In this document: positions 45,701 through 61,600 of the stretch, piece after piece
Position numbering within the stretch: the stretch's first letter is position 1
Layout of the letters: every line of letters begins with the position of its first letter
Assembly: GCA_964035545.1 (NCBI GenBank)
Contig: OZ037773.1
Coordinates: 2,571,751 to 2,635,750, forward strand
Length of the DNA: 64,000 bases
Reading direction: 5' to 3'
Source: Bugula neritina
Lineage: Eukaryota; Animalia; Bryozoa
Translations under genes and position numbers: made by a program
The notes under the pieces: model-generated
Seen by the model: the letters and a program-made list of their open reading frames with translations, nothing else
Told to the model about the DNA's origin: nothing
The model's database searches: none

Positions 45701-48700
45701 GAACGGCTGGAATACACGAGTAAGCTGCTCTGTCCCATAATCCATCTTCAAGACAAGTTAAAGTGAAAGACGTCAATTCAAAAGCACCAGGTACCATGTG
45801 ACCAGGTAAACAAGAGTACACAATCTAGAAGTATAGGTTTGTTAAAACCATATACATATATATATATATGTGTGTGTTTGTGTGTGCGTGTGTAGGTGTG
45901 TGTGGGTATGTGTGTGTTCGCGTGTGCATGTGTATGTGTGCATGTGTGTGCGTGTGCGTGTGTAGGTGTGTGTGGGTATGTGTGTGTTCGCGTGTGCGTG
46001 TGTATGTGTGCATGTGTGTGCGTGTGCGTGTGTAGGTGTGTGTGGGTATGTGTGTGTTCGCGTGTGCGTGTGTATGTGTGCATGTGTGTGCGTGTGCGTG
46101 CGTGTGTGTGTGTGTGTATGTGTGTGTGTGTATGTGTGTGTGTGCGTGCGTGCGTGTGTGTGTGTGTGCATGCGCTTGTGTGTGTGTGTGTGTGTAAACA
46201 AAATAAATGCTAATAAACAATATTGACACAAAAGTAGTGCAGTTGAGCGATGCCGCAGTTGTTTAGCTAGTTAGTGATCTTGTGTGAACAATTTCTACTT
46301 AATGTCTTTTTATAGATTTAAAATCAGTTTTATATTATATTATATTTGTAATACTTTCTTTATAATAATATAGTAAATTAAATAAAGTGACTTTTATGTA
46401 TTGCATCCAAGTGTTATAATAAGGTTAAAGTAAGGCCAACCTGTTACTAAAGAGTACCTAACTCAGGCTTATATTCAAACTACATAAATAATGTTTAAAG
46501 AATAAAATTCATTCTCGTATTAAGTATTTTGAGATAAGAAACGTATTTTTCATTGTAAATAACATATATGTGTAGAAGTAGATTGAATTATACAGCTCTT
46601 GAATATTCTAAAAACTAAGTATATTTACGCTATCAATGTGAGACGGCAGAAAAAAACTTGTCATAAAACTTAGGCCTAAGTTGCTAAACATTTAAGGTGC
46701 TATTGATTTAAATTAATATTTATTTGTTATAGTATAACTACTTGCAGTGTCCTTGTATCTGTAGCCATTCACTGATCTGGTAACAAAATCCACCTCTTTT
46801 GGCTCCTCGCACCTAATCTCTGTTAAAGGTGAAAACAAAATAAAGATTTATAATTTTAACCGTTATATTATGTAATTATGTTTTTGAAAAACATTTGTAA
46901 AAGCAGCTAAAGAAAAGCTAAAATTTTACAATTTAGTATATATTTCAACGTCAATTTCATTGTAACCAAGTTTTAAAAAACAAAAATTAACAGCTTTTAT
47001 TTGATCATAGACTGAGCACCTGAGCAGTTAGCTGGTAGACCGGACCAGGTAAGGTTGGGCATACACTCTATCTCGACAATTGGCTGCCTAACTCTGTAGT
47101 CTATTTTACCCTCATCACACAAATAAGTGACTTTTTCCCCAATTTTAAGATTTTTTGTTTCAGTATAAGACTTCACATTGGAGGGTTTCCCAGGCTCATC
47201 ACACAAAAGTACTGTAATATAATGCATAATACAATAAATAATATAAAAAGTATAATAAATAATATGAAAAATAATGCAATAAAAATATAATAAATACTGA
47301 TATTACTTATAAGAAATTATGTAATAAATAAAACAAAAATAATAAAATATCTAATATAGTATATAATATAAATGATGACTAATACAATAAATGATACATT
47401 ATATAAAAATTAATATGATAAATGATATGATCTAATAAGCAACATAATAACTAATATATTGAGCTATTCAATAAATAACATATTAAATACTAAACTAAAT
47501 AATAAAATAAATAGTGTAAATAGATCATATATAATAACTATGATCTGGCAAAGTGAAAAAATGGAAATAGTTGTGTATATGATTAACTTCAATTTATGAG
47601 ACAGATAAAAATAGTTTTATGGTATGTCACAACTTGTCAACTTACTACTAGATTGCAGAGTATAACTAATATTTATTTTTAAAATCAAAACACTCCAATA
47701 TTTATAACTATTATGAAACAATTGAATATTTTTAAGTATGTTTACCAATGTAGTTATTATAGGTAATTTGAACCCACCCACACACGGCTTGTAATCAATG
47801 ACTCGCCACCTGTTGATTTCAACACATTCAGCTTGCTGACTCTTCTCTCCTGTGCCTCTATTTATTGCATAAGATTGGCCACAGGTCAAGTTGACAGCCT
47901 CACCTAATCTCACCGGCAATGAGCTTGTTATGTTAGAGAACTTTGGTAAGTCAGCCGTTATTTTGTCACATAACTTCGCTATAAAAAAGAATTATTTCTC
48001 AATACAGCAAACTTAGAAATGTCTCAACATGCAATTAGGTTTTGTAATTTCCTGCTAAAAGATTTCATTTTCTTGTACATTTCTGGTAGGCGTATTCATA
48101 GTTTAGTACACTTTTATGATGCTTACAATTTTAAAGCAGGTCATAACAAAATCAAACACAATTTGAAACGAGAAAACATTTTAATGCACACGGTTTTTTG
48201 TTAGCCTTATCAACAGATACACAAAACGCTTTTTACGATACTTGTTGAATGATGATTACATAATTTAGCTTCATGATTAAGCAATCCTAAAAGGACACTA
48301 AAACAAGTATAGGCCTATATATTATTATATAACAAAATGATATAATTACCAACACATTTAGCATCTCGCTGATCAAATGTGCCATCAGACTGACAAGTTA
48401 AAGTGAACTCAGAAGACTGCTCGTAATGATGGTCAGGTAGACAGTTGAATACGACCTTGTCTAGATAATATACCAGCTGTGGTTGTCTTTTCCCTTCTGT
48501 AATACTTGACAGGTAGACAGTTCTGCTCCACACAGCATTCTCTATCTCTGGAACCTCACCACAGCTTCTCTCTGTGGACAAAGATTTTAGTTTACATGAG
48601 TTGAGAAATGGTGAATGAGTGAAAGTGTCAAAATAAGTCAAATGAGTCAAAGTCTCAAATGAGTTGAAGTGTCAAATGAGTCAAGTTGTCAAAATAGTTC

Positions 48701-51700
48701 AAATAGGTGTCAATTAATATCAATATACACAAAATAGAGTACACATCATTATAGGAAATAGAGTAAACATCAATATAGGAAATAGAGTACACATCAATAT
48801 AGGAAATAGAGTACACATCAATATAGGTCAAAAAGCGTCACAAAGTGTCAGTATATTGAGTTTAGAGTGTCATAAGACAAAAAGCTTTTTTTAAAGTCAG
48901 ATTATAGCTATTTAAGAGTTTAGTTGGGCATGTATAACATGTCAGCCTGAGCACTGAAGAATATCAAGCATTATAGATTATTCTAATTGTAGTGTTTATT
49001 GTTATGGCAATGGAAACTTTTTTCTACCAGCTAGCCATGCGAACTGATTTGATACACTTTTTGTGAGAGAAAATATTTTAGAAATTACAGCATAGTTGTC
49101 TGGACAGATACATTTGCATAATGTAACACCATGCATGCTGATACATACTGACAAAGTATGAGTCATAATATAATATTAACACTGCAAACACTACCAAGTA
49201 AAATTTTGTGAAGCAGCAGAAAGCTGCAGTTATTTCAATTGATCAATTGCTACATCAGAAAAATATTGCATAATTTTAGGGTCATTTAGATGCTTTTTCA
49301 CTGGCGGGCAGACAACTGCTACACAACTGGAGAAATATACAACAAATACGTTACGCCATATATGTAGAAGTTGTGTCGCGGTAAAACTACTAGCAGTAAT
49401 AGTAAACAGTGTAACAGTGAAGTTTATCCCATAACAGACGAAAGTGTGCTGAATACAGGAATTAGGCAAGTGCTACTTCTTTAAACTCTATTGTAGTTGT
49501 ACTAGCCATAGTAAAATGTTCCTAACAAAGGCATTAAAACATATAATGTCCACAAAATAAAAAATACCTTCACATTTATGTTCTGTATCATTGGTCCAAT
49601 AGCCATGGCTACATTTTATAATATTTTTGGATATGTTGGTATTCTGAAAGACGAATCCTGTATCATTGCATATCCTGTAGACATATGATCCTGTGTAATA
49701 TTTTGATATCAGATTGTATCTTGCAATATAGGAGTTGACTTCCCCTGGTGTAGTAGAGTTACCCCCCTTGGGTGTAGTCAGAGATGCAATGTCACAGGGT
49801 CGAGCTGTGAAGCAAATTCATATTATCTGATTAAAACAGAAATTAAGGTGCATGCTTGTTATTGTATCAGCATTTTAAAACACAGAAATAGCTTAGCGTT
49901 CAAACGCTTGCTAGAGAAAAGAACGTTTTGACGGCACCTGTCTTCTACTCTTATACTTGTTCTTATATTTTTCAAAGAAGTGTTTTTAATAAAAGCTAGT
50001 AAAATTAGTTGTATTTCTTTGTTTTATTAAAATATGTTTATTTCTATCGTAACTACCTTTAAAAAATGCGATGTGCAACAATGCCAAACCAGATCAAGCG
50101 AACCTTTTTGAGAATTTAGAAAATTATTAAATATAAAAAATTTTGATATTTGCACAAACTAATGTAAATTATTCAAGATGAAAAATTTTTTTATTTATTG
50201 CTAGTTTTCTGTATAATAATAATGATCAATGATCAATGATCAGTTTTAGTTGCGCTACAAAATTATGTGTGGCTGCAAATGGAATGATAACTCCTAGATG
50301 TTGCTTTCTAGACTATTTTTCTTTGTCTCTCATAAAAAAGTGACAGATATGAAATGCAAGGCAGCATCAGTTAACCCAACACAAACTTATGCTCAAAATC
50401 TGTTAGCAATGAACATTATTGAGTGTTCTTGAGAAATGTGTCAAAATAATGAAACCGGATGAAAAATGTTTAGTTGATAATTGTAATTGTCACTGCTACT
50501 TTCAAATTTCCATGCTTGGGTTATGCATGAAGATATTTTCAAAAATCATACCAATAGCAAAAAGCATTTAACAAGTTTGGCCAAATATATGCTAATGTTC
50601 AATGCAAGTGTTTAATTCAAATGGTAAACTGTAAGGAAAAAACAGTCATAAACTCTCAAAACAATAAAATCAAAGATATACCTATGCAAGTGGGGGGAGT
50701 ACCACGCCACGCCCCGTCTTTTAAACATTTGATTTTAATAGGCCCTTCGTTATTATTAATTATATCTGTGTATCCCTGTTGACACCTGTATTCGATAGTA
50801 GAGCCAAATGGATACTCTTCTCTTGGTAGGTAGTCGGCAAACTGTGTGAATGCTGTGAAGTAGATACTCGTAACATGCATTCAACACAATGTCGGTCAGT
50901 GCAAATACAGGTCAAGTACAAACACAACAAGATTAAGCGTAGGGCCACACGACGCGATTTCCCCCGCATTACATGCGAGAAAACCCGTTTCGCCTAAAAT
51001 GGGATGTCGTGTGCGGGATTTTCATGCGTCTAGCATACTGAGCAACAAGTGCGGCAAGCTCATGCTTGTTTGATTTAATTAGCTTATCATTATTTAGCAA
51101 GCAAACTTTTTTATTTTAATTCATGTTTTAGCTTTTAGCAAGTTGAATTAAAAGAGTTTCATATAAATTTGCATTTCCGCTTTTATAATATCTAAAGTCT
51201 CTTTGTCGACATAGTTTAAAAACAAACTTCTGTAGGCGAGAAGTAAAGTTAAACTCCAAGATCATTAGCCAATAAATATTTGCACTTGCAACACATGCAT
51301 TGTGTGTGGCAGATCACTCGTGGGATGGGTTTTCACGTATATTAGACCGCGAGAAGAATCTCGTTTCGTGCGGCCCTACGCTAAGATTTCATGAAAATCA
51401 TTTTCAAGTATGGTATGTTAAGTGACCCATATAAAAAAACTGGTGATTATACGACCATGAAACATATTTCCTTCTCACATAGAAAACAAAAGGTATAAAA
51501 AGTTGACTTTAAAATGTTTTGAATTTAAACAAGGTTTCATGTTTTGTAGATAATTTTGTATGGCTCTTTGGCACAGTTAAAAATTTATGTTTACTAATTT
51601 ATATACTTGGTGTACATGTGCTTGCAAATGTATACTAAAACATACTGCATGCCTAATCAAAGAACTGATGGGGAAGATATAGAGCAGAAAGAGACATATA

Positions 51701-52607
51701 TAACTTGAATGTATTTAGAAGACAACCAGACAAGCAGCATATTGAATACCTGGTTCAGGGCAGCACTTCTGGGTCTCTCTTTCAGAACTGACACACTTGG
51801 TGCACCAGAAGCTGCTAGTGGTACAATTCCTAGTTCTGTATCTCTCGTAAGAAGTGGTACAACCACTCCATGGTGACCAGAGAGTAAACCCCTCTGCAGG
51901 ATAATGTATATAGGAATAACAATGGCCGTCACCAAAAGAAAAAAAACTAAATAACAAATTATATTAAATGACTTTACGCTAAAACAGCAAATGATCTAAC
52001 CCCTTTTTGGCTTTTTTATTTTCTAAAAACATTAGCACTAAAAAATAAATGACTTTTATATAAACGCAGCTACATCATTAACTTAGTATACACCAACCAA
52101 GGGTAGAGTAAAGCAACTATATATCATATAGAATGTGTAGAATATATTAAGTATATATAATCTATATGATATATAGAACACCAAGTCATGGGTTCGAATC
52201 CTAGTAAAGGCCATTGGTGATGCTAGGAAGAGCATTTAGTCATAATTGCTCCTGTGCCACATTTGAATAAGTCCATAGTCCACTTAAAGAACCCCTTCCA
52301 TCAGGGATTTCTTACAGCGATGATGACTATAAACTGGTGTGAGTTTCTTATTACATATAGCACATATATAGAAGATGTATATACGGAATAGATTAAGTCT
52401 ATACATATTATTATTACCTGTTATCTTAAGATCATCTCTTAGGCATATGACCCCAGAGATAGCTGAGCAGCTAACTTGTGACCAGGTTCCCCTTTTAGAT
52501 ATACGGAGACAAACGTCATTACCTGGTTTTCTCCACTTAGGTAGGTTTAGGTAGCTCAGCTTTGTGCCGCTTCCAGTTACGAAGCTTCTCTTGGACTTTT
52601 CATCTTG

Positions 52608-52645
<38 letters not shown>

Positions 52646-55600
52646 TATATGTAATGCTAAAATTTTATATGCAGCAACAAGCAATCTCCACCCACTTCAT
52701 ATGTCAAGAAAAAGTTTTAAGTCAGTTTGATTCACTTAATCTAAAAGTTATCTGGATTGTATAAGAAAACCAAGCTTTAGTATAACTGATAGTCTAACAA
52801 GAGTTCTCCCCATATAATTTATTTTATAGCCTAAATTATTCTTTGTATTAGATGCAGTTGGAGAGAATACCAAGTGGCAGCTATTTATATTATAAAAACT
52901 TGTGATAAAAAGGACTATAATATGTACATTAACTTTCTATAACTTACATTTGCCGGCAATCCAAAACTTGTAGTCAGTTTTAAAGTAGTAATGTAACAAA
53001 GAAGTAAGGAAGATATCTAGGACTCTGTTGCTTATTATAGCCCGTGCTGCGGATATGTTTCTACACATTTTAAGGGAGTCCGCATAGTTCACCCTTAATT
53101 GCAACATACTGTAACAATTATTTGAATAAGGGTCATTAATCCAGCTGTAGCTAGGAAATCCATTCACCTAGGAAACATGCACATTGTATTACAAAAAGTA
53201 GATATTTGAACAACAACTTAGCCTTAACTTATAAAGAAAAAATTTAGAAAACGAAAACTTTTTTGATAACAAACCAAATTTCAAAAGCAAAACATACTAA
53301 TAATAATATTATTTTACAAAATTCATGTTGAAATGTTCAGATATGCCATTCATAAGTACATTTAGTACTCATAACTAGTATTCATGACAATTTTAGCCAT
53401 TGTATGAGTAACGGTATTAGTCATGGTATGAGTCACAGTATGAGTCACAGTATGAGTCATAGTATGAGCCATGGTATAAGTCATGATGAAGTCATGGTAA
53501 CGCTATGGTATGAGTAATGGTATGAGTCACCTGAAATTCTCGCAAACCACACAGTTACTTCCTGCTCACCTCATCAGAGCACCCGTCTGGATCGAGCGAG
53601 TCTAATGATGGCTGCCAGTTTTCTTCTTTACAGACAAGCTGATGAATATTCTCAGGGAGGCTGTCCTTGTGCTCCTGATCACAGCCTATGAGGATCACAT
53701 CACCTTCCAGCATTGTGGAGGTTGTATTACTTGAACTAATCAGCTTGTATCCTAATGGCAGATTGTCTTCCAAGTCAGTTGAGCTGCATTCCTTCCCTGT
53801 GAAAGCAACATTGATACGAGTATGATAAAGCTTTGTACTCAAATGCTTTAATAGGGACAACATCTCATAGTTTATGTTCTGCAACTTTTTTATGAATTTT
53901 GGTTTGACTTGAAGGCTGAAATACAAGTTTTCTTGAAGTTTTTTTAGTTTGTTCATCTTATAAGTTCAAGATTGAAAGTTCTTGACTATTGCTTTACTTA
54001 CCTTGATACATTATCTGGACAATATTTTGCTCTTAATCATATATTAGCAAGAATGGCAATACAAGTCAAAGTTAGAGCCAAATGTATAAAAATTTAAGGC
54101 TTAATTTAATTTAGAACTTTGCGCACAGAACATATAGTTTTTTTCCAATTGTTACAAATAATTTAGTAATCTTATGTTATAAAGTATTGTAGATGCATAT
54201 AAAACAATTTAAACTACACACGTCATTATTATAAGTTCAACAAACCTAAACTAGTTTATATTAACTTCAGTACAATTTCCATCACAACTCTGTTGTCTTC
54301 AAATAACTTTTCTAACTATAAAATAATTCTGAGAGTGCACGTAAATTTTAGGGCACTTTCGAATTCTCAAAAAACCGCTCTAAGACACTATTTGTATTAA
54401 AAACAAATGAGGCTGCAATAATTTAACAAACCAAGCATTTGGCATGCAAAACTAGATGTTTTTGAGCTAATTGGAGAAGGACTTTATAGTGTGGTAAACA
54501 CTGCTAGGCTCTAGCTACACAAACTCTACTTTATGTTGAGTTTGTAATGCTAGCTCTCAAGTAGGTATACCTGCAACACGCATGCACTCTGCCACATTCC
54601 ACTTGCCCTCGTAGCACTTGACTTTTGTCAAACCCCTTTCATCTCTTGACGGGAGAACACAAGGCAGTTCAACCTCATCTGTCAAATTAAGATTATTTAG
54701 AAAGCTATTGGAAAAAAATTCCAATTCAACTTGAAAGTTTTACATCACTTATAATGCTTTGTACTTTTGAAAATTTCAAAATTCATCAAGTCCAATAAAA
54801 TCTAGAAACTGGAAATTCCACTCTATTAGGTATGTTTGAGAATTCATGTCTAAGCAAACATTTTGTAGTGACATAAACAGTGCCAAGTAACAAACAAATT
54901 TTAAAATAGTTTTGGGAGAAATATGTCTATTTTTAAATAATTTTTTATTTACCAAAATATTACATTATTCCTTTGTATATGATGGTAAACTTAAGCTTTA
55001 GGAATTGAATTATGTTCACTGTGAATGCTAAACCTGTAGGTTCATTGGCCACCAGAAAATACTGTGGACAATATTTTCATGATATGTGCAACTTTTTATA
55101 GCAGAAAAAATTACAGCCTGCTTGCATAAAGCATTCAAAGGAGTTGACACATAAAATTATTTACACAAATGAAAAAGTTGTCATTATATAGTGTTAAATA
55201 TTTGCTAGATAAATAAGTACTAAGGAGGTGGCAGACAAATTTTAGCCTTTTTGATGAAGAAATGGTTTTGCCCTAGTAGCATAACCACTTTAGTATGTAT
55301 AAATTGTTTATCTACAGCGAAAAAACTTGTTTAAACCTTGAGAAATTCTATGTTTTTTTTTGCTAATTATCCACCAAAGCATGCAAACGAAAAGGACTAA
55401 AGTTTTCTTTAATACCAAACCACATTAACCCAATTTTCTTCAATAAAAATTTAGCCATTTCTCACTATTCCTAACATAGTATGCTAACTTGAACTTTCAT
55501 AATTTTGAAAGATCTAACCAAGAAAGCTATTTTACCTTTAACTAAATTATTTTATTTATACATTCTTTGACTCAATAAATTATGTAAATATTGTTGCATG

Positions 55601-58600
55601 CAATTCGGCTGAAACATCAAAACATAATCAAACAGCTATAGTTTCAACAGCTAAATTTCTATTCACTTGTATATTGATGTCTCAATATGGTATAGAATTA
55701 CTTCAATTTTGAATAAAAATACAAAAGTGAGAATGACAATTAGTGATAGTTACCAGTGAAGTCTAGAAGGAGAAGGTCTTCTATATCAAATGTCACGATG
55801 TTATACTCTAAGAGAGCTCCAAGCTGGCAGCAATCATTGGCAGCAGCAGTATTCTGTACACAATGAAAATCGACTTGGCAGTTGGGAAAAGTCCTTTCTT
55901 CACAATCAGAGCTGTACGTGCAAGTTGAAGGCAGCATTTCATCGAAGGCAAAATCTTCAACTTCTTGCCCTGAAATTTACGCCAATGTTTTGTTTTTGCA
56001 AAACTGAGATTTAATTGTGTGAAATATAATTGAAATCATCGCTACCTGAACAGAACAAAGCTGAGATAGGTAAGAATAGGTGAGAATAGTTTAACATTTA
56101 TTATTCATCAAATAGATTAGAAGTTTAATAAAGACATTCAACTTGGCAGTGGGTAAATAATTTTAGTAGCTTCACTTTGAATGATATTTGTTAACAGCTT
56201 CATTCAATAAGAAACTGGCATGCAATTCTTAAGTGAGAAACCTCTAACCTATTTCTGTGGCAAATGGAACTTCCCAATGACACAAGGGGAATGCTACTGA
56301 GGTAGATGAATTGCCCCAGTTCCTACTTTCAGTGTCATAATACAATGAGGCGTCAGGGTGACGTTGATTCAACTGTATGGCTTCATACAGCTTAGAATCT
56401 TTGGCTACATTCTATAATCAAACCATTAAACAGTAATAACAGTACCAATCAACATGTATAAATGTAAAACAAGAACTGCTTTTTCTTACCTAAAATGTAT
56501 TTTCGAGGAAAATTAATAAAGGTTTTTAAACAGCATCAAAACAAGAAAAGAAATTGTCTTCGTTGCATATGACTGTTGAAGATGCTGAAACCAGTATCTT
56601 AATGTGATGAAATTATATCGCATATAGTTTAGGCAAGTTATGATAGCTGTAGCACTTATTATAGTAAATAATCCCTTAGCAATAAAATATTAGCATTTAG
56701 TCCTTCACTTTGCTATTCACAGTGTAGACTCAAGTCAATTATCTCACTCTAACTTTACCTGCACTCTCTTACTAACTCTACCACTCTCTCTATATACTCT
56801 ACTACTCTCTCTATATATATTCTACTAATCCCTCTATATACTCTATTACTATCTCTATATACTCTACTACTCTTTCTATATACTCTACTACTCTCTCTAT
56901 ATACTCAACTACTCTTTCTATATACTCTACTACTCTCTCTATATACTCTACTACTCTCTCTATATACTCAACTACTCTTTCTATATACTCTACTACTCTC
57001 TCTATATACTCTACTACTCTCTCTATATATATATTCTACTAATCCCTCTATATACTCTATTACTATCTCTATATACTCTACTACTCTTTCTATATACTCT
57101 ACTACTCTCTCTATATACTCTACTACTCTCTCTATATACTCTACTACTCTCTCTATATACTCTACTACTCTCTCTATATACTCTACTACTCTCTCTATAT
57201 ATTCTACTACTCCCTCTATATACTCTACTACTCTCTATATACTCTACTACTCTCTCTATATACTCTACTACTCTCTCTATATACTCTACTACTCTCTCTA
57301 TATACTCTACTACTCTCTCTATATACTCTACTACTCTCTCTATATATTCTACTACTCCCTCTATATACTCTACTACTCTCTATATACTCTACTACTCTCT
57401 CTATATATTCTACTACTCCCTCTATATACTCTACTACTCTCTATATACTCTACTACTCTCTCTATATTCTACTACTCTCTTACTAACTCTACTACTCTCT
57501 TACTAACTCTGCTACTCTCTTTATACTTCACTATTATCTTACTCTAACTATACTACTCTCTCACTCTAACTCTACTACTCTCTAAATACCCTACTACTCT
57601 CTCACTCCAACATCTAATTTTACGTTGACTATAAACTAATAGCATTTAGACCTTTTTAAAGAAAATAAACAGACAAACCTCCAAGTCAATATCTCTGTCT
57701 ACAACAAAATAAATACATGACTTTCATTTAGTAGTAAAGCAAATTCAACAACTAATCAGGAGAAAGACATTTGTTTTGTGAACATGAAGTCAATTTGTAC
57801 TGTTTTACCACCACACACCGGTGTCTGGTAAAAATGGCACAGGTTTAAACGGTACAGGTGGAATGGCATAGGTAAAATGGCAAAAGCATTATAATGGCAC
57901 AAATAGAAAAGTAGGTAAAATGGCACATTTTCAATATTGGGGTTTGGAGTGGGGGTTGGGTGTTTTGAATGGGGAGTATAAATTGGGGGTGGTGTTTAAG
58001 GGTTTGGGTTTCAGGTAGGGGGGGGGGGTTGGGTTTTGCGAAAAGTTAACACCAGTGTGCCATCTTTACCTGTGCCGTCTTTACATAAAATCCCACATAC
58101 CACATCAACTCAATGCAATAAAGTATTATCTTGGGTTGACAAAAATACTGTAGTGAAGTAATGCAGTAGTATTAAAAAATGTCAAAACTGTCAAGTGGAG
58201 ATGACTATTATGTACAGAGCCCTTCCAAGTAGAAATAGATATTTAATGTTAAACTTACAAATAAAAATCTGGTTTGACTGTCAATTAGCATGTTTTTATT
58301 GTTAGTGTAATATTAATTAAAGGCCAGGTGAAAGAATGATAGCAAGTTTTTTCTTTTACGAAAAAATCGAACTTTGATGAATATTGTTTTTATTATTTAC
58401 CTTACCAATATTAACCCACAACTTCTCGTAAGAGGCTTCAGGGAGTGCCGAGGAAACCAAGTCTAACTTATAGGGATCGTCTGATAAATGGGAGATCGTG
58501 AAAAGCGAACCTTCTGTTTCTGTGCAGTAAGCTGCCGCCATGTTGGGTGTAGTGACTGACAATGACGGAACGTACAAGCAGCTGCACGTTGATAGGCACA

Positions 58601-61600
58601 GTTTTGGCGTATTCGCTTTAAGTTGTGCTTTGAAAATATCGCAGATCGTTATTTAGTCATTTAAGTGCAGTAGTAGAGAAATTGAGATAGCCTAAGTTCT
58701 TAAATTCTATTGTTAAATTTTGGTTTAGGGTGCGAGTTAAAATTCCTGTGAGAACATAACTTCTTATTCTACATTCCTAATTTAGAACAGGGGCTTTTCT
58801 CAATTTCTTCATTACTGCACCTACCATTGTTTAGTATCAAACATTTGATCAAAATAAACTAAATATTTAGTTAAACTCAGTAAGCTATATGTCATTTAAA
58901 GTAATACTTGCTAATATCGTAACTTCTATAGACTACCTATATATTGTCCATATCAGTAATCATAGATTTTTGAATTGAAACATTTTACATAATAGAGCGC
59001 TTAACTTTGCTGACATATTTTATTGTGGCACCCAATTCAATGAGAGGGCTAGTCAAAAAAGTTCTATATACAGCCTGTCATAGACGCCATATGTTGGTGT
59101 AAAATTTACTGCTTTCCTAATACTTGACTACTATTGGTTTTCCTATATGAGAGTTTTTCGAACATTGTTTCATGTTACATGCACTATAGCAAGTTACATA
59201 GCGCACTTGACTACTCAAAGCATCAATATATCAGTAAAATAGCAGTAAGCTTAAAAATCGTCATCTTTTCAAAAAGTGCATATGTTTGACCACAAAGTAG
59301 AGCTGATAGCACTATGTATTCTTTACAGCCTTACCTAGAGACTCCGAGTTCACACAGTAACCTAAAATCAATGCAAGAATTTTTTTATTCTTAGTTTAAT
59401 TTTGAGCTACAAGATTTAAACACATTTTACACACAATTTACAGATTCAACACCAAAACTGATGTTAATGTCAGCTGCTGTTAAGACAGAGCTACAGCAAA
59501 CGAAAAAGTGGCAGCAGCTTACAGTTGCAGAAAACAATTTAAAATGACAAACAAATTAAGCAGCAAAAAGCAGGCAGCATACCTGCAAAGCATTGCTGAC
59601 TGAAAAGGCAGTCCTTTGTGTTACTGCAAGACATTCTGCACACTGACTGTTCACTCTCATGGATACAGGTATGTCTTTCAGGACATGGAGGCCACGATGC
59701 TCCACACCTGCCAAACATGTTGAGATATTATGAATAACAAAATTACTAACACTAGGCTTCTTCAAAACTCTAAACAAGATTTTCATAACACAGATGTTGT
59801 AAGGAGATAGAGGATAATAATAATTAATGTATTTATAGCCTGACAAGCAGCTGTGGTCTAGGGGTCAAAGCATTTGAACTCCCACAAAGCCGATTGGGAA
59901 TGTTGGGAAAAGCATTCAGTCATAATTGCTCCTGTGCCCTTTCTGAATAAGCCCTTAACAAGTTTAACAAAAACCCCTTTCATCAGGGTTCTTTTCACAG
60001 GTTGATGGTGACCATAAACTTGCCTGAGTATTTTTTAAATGTAATTATATGGCTGGAAGATATATGGTTTAAATATCAATGACGCATCATGCAGGAGGTT
60101 TATTTCTCATCTCCATAAAAAGCACAATCTGCTAATTATGGGTCGTTTACATCACCAAAAAGCTGTGGTTTAGGAATTGGAGCGTTTGCTTTGTGGACAC
60201 GAAGTCATGGGTTCAAACCCCGACAAAGGCTATTGGTGATGCTAGCAAGAGCATCCAATTATAATTGCTTCTGTGCCTCATCTGAATAAGTCCTTAGCCC
60301 GATCTAACAAAAAACTCTTTCCTTCAGAGGTTTCTAACAGGGATAGCGACTCTAAAATTGCGTGAGCCTTTTTGCACCGCCAAAAAGATTCATAATATTT
60401 GGTAACAATAGAAAAACTAAATAGGAAAGAAGTAGAGGTAGACAGAAAATAAATTAGTTACAACCTCGAGAATAAAGAGAAATTTATATAACGTAGCTAA
60501 ACCTTCGTGGGAGCGGCTGAAATGAGAGATGAATAGAAAATGGAAAAAAGAAATTATGATGTCATATATTTAGATTGATCATTTAAAAAGAACTCTGTAT
60601 TTAGTTACTGGAAGTTGAGCTGAAAATTATGCACCCTGTACACATTCCCAGACACCCTTAAATAGCAACTTCGCTTAAATACTTTTATATACGCAAATAT
60701 TAGTTTTGAGAAGCAGTATATCAGAAAAAAGAATAATTACAAAAAATGACAAATAAGCCATAAATATTTCTACATTTGATTAACATTATTAAATAATTGG
60801 AAAAGATGACAAAATAGCTAAAGATTTGCTACCTACTTCATAGTGCATTGCTTCAATGCCAGATCACATGTTTCAGGGTCATGTATACTCGGCAAACATT
60901 TTTCCAATTTTCCGATTTTGCAGAAACGTGGACAGTCAGTATAAGCTAAACAATCTAAAAACATAATTACTCTAAAAGTTAAAGACACCGCTCTTCATTC
61001 ATTTTTACACAGACTGGTCTTGCTAAAGTTAAAACTCTGAGTATAGTCGATGTTAGATAAAAATGTACCATTTTTACCTGCTTTTCTATTTGTTCCATTA
61101 TTACCTGTGCCATTACAGCCTGTGCCATTATTACCTGTACCATTATTGCCTGTATCATTTTGATCTTGCCAATTTTACCACTGCACTGAGTATAATACTA
61201 TCAAGTAACTTACAAACGTGCAACTGTTATGAACTCGAACCTGCTTCATAATTTATGCAGGTCTAGAAATAAAAACCCAGTGCAACATGTTATTTAAATT
61301 CTAAACTTGAATATACGGCTTAAGATCGATATGATCTTTATATTATATACTTCAAGTTGCATGAACAAAAATTTAAAAAAGGTTGATGTAGAAAACTCAC
61401 ACTGAGAATCTAAGTGTAGTTGAAACTGAAAAATATTCGAGAATCCGCCAACTAACAGAAGTTCTCTTTCAGGGAAGATTGCTACAGACAATAGAGTTGG
61501 ATGACGACATTCTGTGACATCACTCACTTCTTGAAAACGAACTTTATATGGATCAGGAGACATCAAGACAGAGCAGAGAAATGTAATCACCATTGTATCC

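Noticed and set aside
45778-46231. His/Thr and Cys/Val ORFs
   Set aside because: (CA/TG)n microsatellite translations.
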